Positions 52,600-64,000 of a DNA stretch of 64,000 nt are shown piece by piece; within the stretch, counting starts at the first letter, position 1, and every line of letters begins with the position of its first letter. Made by a program: the position numbers and the translations under genes. The DNA is from Octopus bimaculoides (Eukaryota), in assembly GCF_001194135.2 (NCBI RefSeq), contig NC_068988.1, positions 93,859,977 through 93,923,976 of the forward strand, in the 5' to 3' direction. The notes beneath the pieces are model-generated. The model did not search any database and was not told where the DNA came from. It saw only the letters and a program-made list of their open reading frames with translations.

Positions 52600-52843
52600 G
52601 ACCACAACTTGAGCAGGTTAGGACATAGATAAGGTTCTGGGAACCACATGTGAAGTTGGTCTTAATTGAGAATTTTTGTCCTTGCTGGAGTGTGAATTCC
52701 GAGCCTTCCGTTAGGTGTGGGCATGCACCGCAATTAGGTCGTCTGCATTTTTTAACTGTTGGTACTGTTTGTATTGAGTAGAGTTTTGCATTTGTTAGGA
52801 GTCTCTTGAATGATTTGTCTTGTCTTTTGCATTTGAGTATCTG
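52600..52843 (-). mobile_element. Penelope-like (Neptune-type) GIY-YIG N-terminal fragment
   Basis: Hand translation: QILKCKRQDKSFKRLLTNAKL...KKCRRPNCGACPHL...FSIKTNFTCGSQNLIYVLTCSSCG, the C..C..C / 'FTC.S.N+IY.+TC..C' pattern that precedes GIY-YIG. Confidence 0.8.
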
Positions 52844-54294
52844 GCAGATAGACGGGACCTTGATGACTGCTATGAAGCAGGAAAGTATACTAGCTCCTAT
52901 ATATATTTAATACTCAATATTTAATATTTTCAATAAGACATTCAATACTTCCTTTCATTTTACTATTTATATTATGTATTCCATATTCTATATCCCACAT
53001 TAACTTTATAAGAATATAAATAAAACATAAGAAACAGACAGAGTTGGAACTCTTTTAAATCATATATTCCTCTATACACAATCATACAAACCCCATATAT
53101 ATATATATATATATATACATACNNNNNNNNNNNNNNNNNNNNNNNNNNNNNNNNNNNNNNNNNNNNNNNNNNNNNNNNNNNNNNNNNNNNNNNNNNNNNN
53201 NNNNNNNNNNNNNNNNNNNNNNNNTATACATAATTACATACATACACACGCACACACACACACATATATATATACACATATGTGTGTGTGTGTGTGTAAT
53301 TCATTAAATGCATAACTTTCTTCAAGTTTTATCTTTTATATATAAAATTTTTCGTATTTCCTTATTAGTCTTTTTTACTACTTATTTAGGACAATAATGT
53401 TCCAAAGTATATGTTCGACGTTTCTAAACCTTCACACCCTCATATTTAAGAATTATATATAGTTAGCATCTGTGTTGTTTCTCATATACTAGTTGAATTC
53501 ATGTAAATCTTTCCGCCAAAGCTTTTATGGTTTTTACGTCAGCAGTTCCACATGGATTTGTAACCTTGTGGTCAAAACTCCTGTCCTATGTGTGTAAGTT
53601 TGTAGGACATGGTAAAGTGTCGCAGACATAGTGGATCAGAAATCTGATTCGATGGATGTTAGCCCACCAGAAATTCGATTAAAAGCTGTTCCAGTCTATT
53701 GACCATCTTGTTCGGGTTTCTTGCTGAGCCATGCCATCCTGCTTGTCAGTGCTTCATTTACACTGAATTCGTGGAAGAGATATCGTTCTTTTCCTCTGGC
53801 AAGGCTGGAAACCTATCCAAATGCGAACACCTTATCACATCAGTGCCAACAAGGGACCTATACTTCAAACCTGCCACTCACTGGCCGCACTTCATTTCCT
53901 ATCCGAGCAAATTTTAATGTTAGCTTCCCTAACACTAGTGTCCTGGAATTTCTCTACATCATGGCTTTTCTTATTCGCGACCCTATAAAATACTCCGAGA
54001 GGCATCTGAACGGGAGTCGTAAGCTGTTGGTTGATATGTACTGAGCTATACTGCTTAGGTATCTTGCTAAGCTAAGCCACCTTCTCAAAAATTAAAAAAG
54101 ACAAAAAAGGGAACTTTAAAGAATTAACTACTGACAAGGGTCACAAAACCCCGATCTTTGAAGCTGTGGATAATCCAAATTTGTCAACCTTTATAAACCA
54201 GCTTTCAAGGTCTTTACTGCTTCTGCAGACGGCAACTGTGTCCTTCAAACAGCTGTTAAAGAGTTGGCCTATGGTCTTGAGTAGTTGGGTGTTT

Positions 54295-54336
54295 ACACAC
54301 ACACAAACACACACACACACACACACNNNNNNNNNN

Positions 54337-54389
<53 letters not shown>

Positions 54390-54566
54390 GCACGCACATA
54401 CACACACGCACACACACACACACACACACGCAAACACACACTAAAGCACATGTACATGTCTACTTATGCATATACATGTATGTAATTACATGTGCATATA
54501 TATGTATGCAGATTGGTTGGTATATTTGCGTGTGAATGAAAATCTACGTGTGCATGTTCATGTATG

Positions 54567-54597
<31 letters not shown>

Positions 54598-55271
54598 GTA
54601 TGTGTGTGTGTATAAATATATACGTATGTAAGTTTATATATATATGTATTCATATATATAATTATGCATATATATTTATGTATACATATATATATATATA
54701 TGTATATATATATATNNNNNNNNNNNNNNNNNNNNNNNNNNNNNNNNNNNNNNNNNNNNNNNNNNNNNNNNNNNNNNNNNNNNNNNNNNNNNNNNNNNNN
54801 NNNNNNNNNNNNNNNNNNNNNNNNNNNNNNNNNNNNNNNNNNNNNNNNNNNNNNNNNNNNNNNNNNNNNNNNNNNNNNNNNNNNNNNNNNNNNNNNNNNN
54901 NNNNNNNNNNNNNNNNNNNNNNNNNNNNNNNNNNNNNNNNNNNNNNNNNNNNNNNNNNNNNNNNNNNNNNNNNNNNNNNNNNNNNNNNNNNNNNNNNNNN
55001 NNNNNNNNNNNNNNNNNNNNNNNNNNNNNNNNNNNNNNNNNNNNNNNNNNNNNNNNNNNNNNNNNNNNNNNNNNNNNNNNNNNNNNNNNNNNNNNNNNNN
55101 NNNNNNNNNNNNNNNNNNNNATGTATGTATGTATGTATATGTATGAATGAATATATATATGTGCGTATGTGTATATATTCACACGCATACATATACAATA
55201 CAGATATACCATACATACATACATGCATACATACATACATACAAACATACATACGTGCATGCATGCATACA

Positions 55272-55302
<31 letters not shown>

Positions 55303-55330
55303 GTGTATGCATGCATGCATACATACTGAT
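54295..55330. repeat. (CA)n and (TATG)n microsatellite block with gaps
   Basis: Direct inspection. Confidence 0.9.
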
Positions 55331-57100
55331 GTATGATATTATATAGATACGCTCGTACACACGGTGCGGCTCGGAAAGGCGGAGAATGTTTAACAATCGG
55401 ATGTAAAAACCTACAATTATTGTGCTCTGATTATACATTGAAATTCAGCCCAATAATCATTGGTGCAGATGAGCCGATGTCTATGTGAAATCTATGTTAA
55501 CAAGCTGCGATTCTCATAAAAGAACAGAAGCGACAAGCGACTGTTGTCAAATGTTACATTATCAGAGAATGAAAGAAAGGAAGAAAGACGAAAGAAAATA
55601 CGATAAAGTAAGAAAAACAACAAAGAAAAGACAAATATCAAAATGGTAAAATAAAACATGTAACAAAAGGAAAACTTGAATGCAAGGATTCTTTCTGCTG
55701 AAACTAGCAGCCAAAAATCAGAGAAATCACTCTTGTACCGTTAAAAGGCGCTCAGGGGTTAGTTCTGAGAAGAAATGTGGTATGGTCACGTATGGAACGT
55801 CTTTGAACATAGGTTTGCTCGAACTTCGCCGCTCTTGGCTAAAGAATAACATTTTACTAATTTTCACGATTTTTCTTTTATGCCACCAGGGCAATATGCT
55901 AAAGTGTAACTAAAGACTGAAATAGGAGGAAAGGAAAGCAAAATGGGTAAGTGGGGTAAAATGAGTAATTTCTGATTTCTTGTCATTTCTTCCCTGTTTG
56001 TCTGAAATCATTGCGAGCATTACATCATTATTTTTTTACTGTTGTGTCAGCGTTGGCAGTAACAACTGGCCAGTGTATATGTTGTCTTTGAAGCTGAGAG
56101 AGTTGGAAACAGGTAATCTTTTTCCAAGACATTTGCCCTCAAACTTTGACCTGATTGTAACTGAGGTTGCTAATGAAATATCTGAATAATTTTTTTCTGT
56201 TTAACAATCAAAATAAATATTTTCTTTCTTGGATTTCAAATCAATTTTTTTCCCCTAATGTTCAATTTTTCCACTAATGTCTAATTCGCTAATTTTCATA
56301 AAATGTCTATAATGGGGCAAAATGAGTAATCAGTAACTTTAATAGCCCAATCCCCTTCAACTGTATGGCTAAAGGAAGATAACAACTCCAGCAGATCGTA
56401 AAGAAACTATAGAGAATATTTTATGCAGTTTTTGTATTTAGTCAAGTTTCATTAATTTCATACCATGTATCGTTTTCCCATGATCCTCTTTCATTTGTCC
56501 GAGATATTTTCAATTTCTGATGCATTTCTGATCTTTCTGATGTCTAAGGATGGATACCGACGTGTATGAGTGTTTTTCGAATGTAATCCTGAAGAATTGA
56601 AGAGGCAAATTTATCGTATTTTGTCCTTCCCATTTTGCCTAACTTTCTCTTCTGTATACTCAAAGAGAATGGATTTGTTTGCTGTATGCTCAAAGAGAAC
56701 GGAGATAATTTTCTGAAATAGTTTTCTGAATATGTTATAGCGTTTTTAATGCATTTAGAGAAGGTCATTTGCTTAGCTGTTATAGTTTTTCTAAGATAGT
56801 GAACATTTGTAAAAAAAACCTTTTTTATATCAAAGAGAAAAATGCAATAATTATTACTCATCGTGCGACCTCTCTCTATATTTGGATTGAAAGGTGAAGC
56901 TGAAGTATTTACAAGAGGCAAAAATAAAAGGAACTGATTTCTTAATAATGTTGATCCACGTTTTATCCCTTTCGTGGATCCGTTGTTCTAAGAGTGATCA
57001 GGTTTTGATGAAATACCCACTCAAAGATTTTTCGGGGTTCAGCAAAATTCCACCCATAACTTTTAATGTTAAATTGACTTTAATATTTTAGCGCAATCAA

Positions 57101-57272
57101 AGGCGGCGAGCTGGCAGAAACGTTAGCACGTCCGGCGAAATGCTTAGCGGTATTTCGTCTGCCGTTACGTTCTGAGTTCAAATTCCGCTGAGGTCGACTT
57201 TACCTTTCAACCTTTTGGGGTCAATTAAATAAGTACCAGTTATGCACTGAGGTCGATGTAATCGACTTAATC
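57101..57272 (+). mobile_element. tRNA-derived SINE family B
   Basis: AGGCGGCGAGCTGGCAGAAACGTTAGC...GAGTTCAAATTCC...GTACCAG; homologues at 47568-47801, ~31590-31710 and ~18720-18930(-). Confidence 0.88.
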
Positions 57273-58118
57273 TCCTCCCCCAAGCTGCAATTTATTGCTC
57301 TTGTGGCAAAAATTTGAAATATTTATTTCAGAGATACATACGTACATACATGCTTACATAAAACTGGAGGACCGCTGCAGTGAGTGTATGAATCCGATAC
57401 AGGAAAATGTTGAGTAAAATCATAATTAACTGACCCTTCTGCATTTTCTTTTACTCGAAACCAGGAGCTTTTCAGTAACCCCTGCGTGGAACCTTGAGCA
57501 AGTATCTTCTACTACAGCCTCGAGCCGACCAAAACCTTGTATGTGGATTTTGTAGATGGAAACTGAAAGAAGCCTGTCGTATATGTATATGTATATATAT
57601 ATACCAGTGTGTATGTGTATGTGTCTCTATTTATCCCCCACCACCACTTGGCAACCGGTGCTGGTGTGTTTACGTCCCAGTAACTTAGCTTTTCGGCATA
57701 ATAGATCGATAGAATGAATACCAGGCTTTAGAAATATAAAAAAAGAAAGTTGTGGTGCCGATTCATTCGACTAAAACTCCATCAAGGTGGTGCTGCAGCA
57801 TGGCCGCAGTCTAATGACTCATAAACAAGTTAAACACAAGAGAGAAAAGGCTGCACCTGTTTAATTAATAACTGTAATACCGACTTAGTTGATAGCAAAA
57901 AAAAACATTGAACAGGAATCGATGGAATACATAACAGTAATACACTGGGGTATTTGAAATGGCGATCACATTATACAGCTTGATCTAAGAACACCATTCA
58001 GCGACGTCCACAATTTCATTAATCAATAGACTTTTCCTAAATTAAAATTAGAATGGTTCTCATCTGAGGTAAGCAAAAATGCTAATTTTCTTTTCTCCTG
58101 GTTGATTACTCCCCACTA

Positions 58119-58164
<46 letters not shown>

Positions 58165-61031
58165 GAAAGAATATGTTCAGTTATTGATTATATCTAACTG
58201 GTCGAGATGGCAATGTAGGAAGCACATACTTCCACACACAAAGAAAGTGCAGTTTAAAATCTTCTCAAACGAGCCCTTAATTCACTTCACAACTCTTTTA
58301 AAGACAAATAAAATTTTCACTTATTACCGAGGCTAATAGTGAACGATCGTTGTTGACCATATTGAATAAATTAAAAATAATAAAAAGAAAACAATTTCCT
58401 CGAAGACATTTGAAAAGATTTTCATGTGGCACAGGATGGCTTATACATTAACTTGTTCCTGACATGTGTCTCGCTTCATTGAAATTCTTCCCCATCACGG
58501 CTCAACTATGGCAACGCTCTTTCTTAGGATTGTGTTGTTTTCATCAGAAGATAATACTTGATAGCAGCCGTCGGTACTTTCATTAATTAAGCCATAAAGT
58601 CCATCAAAGAATTTACTTTACTTTGATGTTTATTCACTCGCAGAATTATCAAGAATTTAAGGAGTTTTTTTTTTAATTAACCAAACTATTTTTTCTTAAT
58701 AATAATTAAATATTCCCTTTTCCTTACTTATTTATTCGACGTTCTAGTGTCAACATAAAACGGTATATTTTCTCTTCTTTTCTCGGATACAGACAACACA
58801 ATAACGTCGCTGGAGACCACACATGTACATGAGGCAAGTTATTGGTTATTATCTAACAAAGATTTTTTTGATGATCATATAAAAATAAATCGTCACTTGC
58901 AATAAATGAAATTTCTTAAACAGTTTTTTTTTTCTTGAATAATTATTTTTCTAAGGAGAACAGATTTTATAGATTTAAAAACCAAAAAACAAAACAAACA
59001 AACACATATGGTAAGCAAAAGCAATAAATGATTGTTGAATCACGGTCAACAATAACAAGATCAACAACATCTTATAATGATATCCCATCAGAATTATACT
59101 ATTATTACACTTGGACTCAATAATAGCACGAAAGATCAAAACAATTTTATCGAAAAATCAAAATAAAGAAAGGAATAAATAAAAACTAATTAAAAATTAT
59201 AATTTAACCCGGTTCTCTACGTTTGAGACTGCTGCTGCAGCTGAAGAAAAATATTGTTTCTTTGTTGTTTATAGAAATTTATTTTAGTCTGTGAATAGAG
59301 GGGCGGGGCTCGGCACGAATAGCTTCGAATTTAATTTAAAGGAAACACAAGTGGGAGGTTGTTATATTCATGCCTTTCCAAAAGAGTAAATAAAAAGAAT
59401 GCAAATAAGAATACAAATGGCGTCGAGAGAACTTACCTGTACCAGCGTCAATCGCGACAAAAGACTAAAGAGTAAAAGATCGGTGTTTAAAGTATTCTAA
59501 CACACTTCCTTCTTACTTTGTTTGTTTGTTTGTTTGTTTGTTTNNNNNNNNNNNNNNNNNNNNNNNNNNNNNNNNNNNNNNNNNNNNNNNNNNNNNNNNN
59601 NNNNNNNNNNNNNNNNNNNNNNNNNNNNNNNNNNNNNNNNNNNNNNNNNNNNNNNNNNNNNNNNNNNNNNNNNNNNNNNNNNNNNNNNNNNNNNNNNNNN
59701 NNNNNNNNNNNNNNNNNNNNNNNNNNNNNNNNNNNNNNNNNNNNNNNNNNNNNNNNNNNNNNNNNNNNNNNNNNNNNNNNNNNNNNNNNNNNNNNNNNNN
59801 NNNNNNNNNNNNNNNNNNNNNNNNNNNNNNNNNNNNNNNNNNNNNNNNNNNNNNNNNNNNNNNNNNNNNNNNNNNNNNNNNNNNNNNNNNNNNNNNNNNN
59901 NNNNNNNNNNNNNNNNNNNNNNNNNNNNNNNNNNNNNNNNNNNNNNNNNNNNNNNNNNNNNNNNNNNNNNNNNNNNNNNNNNNNNNNNNNNNNNNNNNNN
60001 NNNNNNNNNNNNNNNNNNNNNNNNNNNNNNNNNNNNNNNNNNNNNNNNNNNNNNNNNNNNNNNNNNNNNNNNNNNNNNNNNNNNNNNNNNNNNNNNNNNN
60101 NNNNNNNNNNNNNNNNNNNNNNNNNNNNNNNNNNNNNNNNNNNNNNNNNNNNNNNNNNNNNNNNNNNNNNNNNNNNNNNNNNNNNNNNNNNNNNNNNNNN
60201 NNNNNNNNNNNNNNNNNNNNNNNNNNNNNNNNNNNNNNNNNNNNNNNNNNNNNNNNNNNNNNNNNNNNNNNNNNNNNNNNNNNNNNNNNNNNNNNNNNNN
60301 NNNNNNNNNNNNNNNNNNNNNNNNNNNNNNNNNNNNNNNNNNNNNNNNNNNNNNNNNNNNNNNNNNNNNNNNNNNNNNNNNNNNNNNNNNATAAATGTAT
60401 ACATATAAACGAATTGATAATTTCGAACATCACTACCCGCATTTCAATAACATAGTTCCTTACCAACCACATTACATAACATATTAAAGAACCTTATGTA
60501 AATCCGCGTTGCCGTGTAACCACCCCATTTCCTCAGGTCCTATTCTGCCGTCTTTAACGATTTACGATCAATCTTGCAGAGGAGAGCAGAAGTATTTTTA
60601 AAGAAACAGAATGGAGGAATTTTCCAAGTGGAATGGAGATATTAAACTTCGCGACCAATCAAACAGTACAGTTCCAAAGGCATCCAATGTTATGCATGCG
60701 TATATTAGAAGAGAAATAGGCAAATGTCTATTCAATTTATATATTGGAACTTATGACTAAGTTTATGGTGGGCAGTAAATGTCTAGTAACAAACATTTCT
60801 GTTATCTTCAAAGCAAGCCAAACAATCTACAAATTAACTGGGATTTCGAGTGTGGCGCTTGGATAAACTAGAACGCATCTTTTCTTAAGATCATTGATGA
60901 GAAATATGACGTCTATCTTTAAGCGATATATGCGAAATATATCGCACGTGTGCACAAATACACCCAAATATGTTAAATAATATGTATATATCTACTTACT
61001 AGGGAGTGTATAGAATTAAACTATACACATA

Positions 61032-61421
61032 CAGGGGTTGGACAAAATAATGGAAACATCTTTGGAGTTCTGTTTCGACGACGAGGGATTTTGTCTTTTT
61101 CTCAAAGGTTGTCATTACTTTCGAGACAGTACTTCTTGATACACCAAACATTTCGGCTGTTTTCGTTACGCTAGCGCCTGCCGTACGAGCACCAACAATT
61201 TGACCTCTTTGAAAGTCCGATAGATATGCCATTTTAATGAATTTTAATTACCTTTTTCTGATGATATCTGAAAAGAAACAGCAATTTTAGCAAAACATTT
61301 TGCGCAACACTAATAATAAATCAAATAACATAAAAATAAACAAGCTTTTGGCGGTTTTATAGATATTTCAAAATTATGATGCTATGATGCTAGGTGTTTC
61401 CGTTATTTTGTCCAACCTCTG
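61032..61421 (-). mobile_element. Internally deleted Tc1/mariner transposon (390 bp) retaining the transposase N-terminus
   Basis: TA|CAGGGGTTGGACAAAATAATGGAAACA ... TGTTTCCGTTATTTTGTCCAACCTCTG|TA; ORF 'MAYLSDFQRGQIVGARTAGASVTKTAEMFGVSRSTVSKVM' is a paired-like HTH. Confidence 0.92.
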
Positions 61422-62074
61422 TATATCTAATGAAGAAATATAAAAAAAATATGCAAATAATATAGCATTGTAAAAAAGTAATAAATAAATAAATAAACAG
61501 CGTAGCTGTGTGGTAAGAAGTTTGCTTCCCAACTACATGGCTTCAGGTTCAGTCCCACTGCGTGGCACCTTGGGCAAGCGTTTTCTTCTATGGCCGCGAG
61601 CCAACCAAAGGCGTGTGAATGGATTTAGTAGACAGAAACTGAAAGAAGCCCGACACATATGTGTGTGCGTGTTTGTGTACTCACGCGCGTGTGTGAATGT
61701 GTGCGTGTATCTTTGTCTCTGTGCGTGCACTCCCCACAGTTTGACAACCGTTGCTGGTTTGTTTACATCCACCTAACTTTGCAGTTCGGTAAAGAGGCCG
61801 ATAGTATAAGTATCAAGCTTTAAAAAAAAGGTACTGTGGTGAATTCGTTCGACTAAAACTTTTTCAAGGCGGTGCCTCGGCATGGCCGCAGTCTAATGAC
61901 TGAAACAGGAAAAAGATAAAAGATAAAAAAAATAAGACATAAAACACTAAAAATAAAATGCACCAACTCTCGCATAGCTTGCGATACATATATTTTGTTT
62001 TATTGGTTGATCCGAAAATGAAATGTTTTTGTTTATCAGTTTTTGATTCACTTCTTGAATTAATTACACATGGT

Positions 62075-62372
62075 CAGTGGTGCACTGGATCTAAAAATAT
62101 TGGTTGCCAGGAGACTAAGGGGCCCACGCGCAACTACAATGCTATCATTAATTAAAAAAAAAAAATTTTTTTTAAAGAGTATTCTTTTCAACTGTCTACA
62201 AACACAGCCAGGTTGAAATAATTAATGCATTCTTCCAGGAGTGAATAAAAAATTCTCAAAGTTGAGGGGATGGAGCCCTTAGATACTAACATGGGCCTCC
62301 ATATATGGATTCTAATGGCGCAGGGTCCCTCTTGCTATCGAGCAAGCTGGCAACCTGGCCAGTCCGCCACTG
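62075..62372. mobile_element. hAT-like MITE
   Basis: CAGTGGTGCACTGG ... CCAGTCCGCCACTG imperfect TIRs; TSD not conserved. Confidence 0.6.
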
Positions 62373-63057
62373 AAAACGGCTTTTGAATGATGACTGTTCA
62401 AATATCTTTTTTTGTTGGGATACTTTCTTTCTCTGATAACCCTACATATAATTTCGTTTTGGGATTTGATTTGCAAGATTCTTTATGTGAGTTCGTGTGT
62501 TGAAGCATATTCTGTTGTGTCTGGGGAGAGTCATTCTCTTTTGGTGCCTTATAATTTAACACACTCACCGGTAAAATTTCCACTTCTTTTTTATTTTTCT
62601 AAAATTTTCGTTGCGTCTTGCAACCTTTTCAATAGTTTTGACTGTGTCGCCCCAGACACAACAGAACTTATATATAATATATCTCCTACCAAAAGAGTCT
62701 AAAAGAAGTCAAAATTATAAATGCTAATACATTATGTCATTGGAATTACAAACCTTAAAAGTAAAATTTTTACGATATATTTGCCCGTCGAAAATGTTTT
62801 AAAATCTCAGTAAGTTTGTTCTGTAAGATTAAAGTGTCTTCTTTGCAGTTTCACGTATCTACTTGAATAATTCCGGAGCACCAACACATTGGCCATTAAT
62901 TCCTTTTGTATGGTGTTATGCTAGAAATTTCCATAGAAACTAATCTGCCACACATGAACTCTGGTTTGGAAACTTCATTTTAATCCCTTTTAAAGCTTAC
63001 AAAACAAATATAATACATAATAAAATAATATAATACATACATACATATATAAATGCA

Positions 63058-63103
<46 letters not shown>

Positions 63104-63815
63104 AACGAACAAACAAAGAAACACGTACACGCACGCATGCACGTACTCACACATTTCTGGTTTTAAGAATTTTTTCCAAGCGGAATTGTATACTTAATTA
63201 ATTTCTGGTCATCATTTTCTAAAAACCCTTTCGTTTTCACTTCGCTGTATAATGCATGATGCCTTCGTTACTTAGTGAGTATTAAAGTGATACCAAAATG
63301 CCATCAAAGAGCTTAAAACCTGCTTCACTCTGGCAGAGACGACTCACCGAATCAATGAGCTGTGTTCACTTGTTAGTTTTGATTGCTGTTCATAGAACTA
63401 CAAATACCATTCAGAAATTGAGATCTGCAATAAATGTTTTCTCTGTGATTATTTGCGTTCAGCATCTCTTAATGAGAGTAGCAATGTTAATAATTGCAAA
63501 TATATGCAGTTACAAGCAAATGTCATATTCTAATTCTCGTTTTCTGCCTTTATTTAATATCATCTGTTTTCCCACAATATTTAATCAATTTCAAAGAATA
63601 ATGCTAAGCCAAAACTAAAAGGAAGAAGCTGGATGCCTGTGTGTAGAAATACGATGTATATCTGAGATTTATACGCTTCAAGAGTTTCAGGAATTACCGC
63701 AACTGGTATTTAGTTAAAAATCCTTAAATAAATGTCTACTAAATAGCGAAATTATTCGTATCGCTTTACCAGTAGATGTCAGTGAATCGTGAAAGGTTAA
63801 TCACGTTGATTACAC

Positions 63816-63853
<38 letters not shown>

Positions 63854-64000
63854 CTGACGGTGGGTCGGAGTGAACAAAGCATAGGAATTTGTTTATTACG
63901 ATCGGTATATCATTAACGGGGGTAATCTCTGTAACAGCTTTTGACAAAAGAAACTTTTAATTGATAAATCTGTAGTTAAACAGCTAGGGTAGATTAGCGA

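Noticed and set aside
55950-56920. ORF 56544-56921(-) and GGGG.AAAATGAGTAAT motifs suggesting a pogo-like transposon
   Set aside because: The motifs at ~55954 and ~56313 are direct rather than inverted, and no DDE motif was recognised.

Overview
AT-rich, repeat-dense animal genomic DNA with about ten N gaps. The tRNA-headed SINE families, (CA)/(TA)/(CAT) microsatellites and intron style suggest an octopus (inference). One host gene is clearly identifiable: UTP11 (SSU processome protein) on the minus strand. Six coding exons between 42844 and 17853 splice in frame (GT-AG) to 189 aa; the expected C-terminal exons were not found in the called sequence. The rest is mostly mobile-element debris: SINEs, RTE/Rex3-like LINE relics, two kinds of Penelope-like (GIY-YIG) relics, a Tc1 deletion derivative, piggyBac/hAT/CAC-type MITEs, a Helentron-like element and long foldback hairpins. 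The most striking observation is at 26497-26854. A tRNA-headed SINE ends in a minimal type I hammerhead ribozyme motif and carries an inverted second hammerhead copy at its 5' end, the architecture expected of a SINE mobilised by Penelope-like elements. All calls were made by eye, without database searches.
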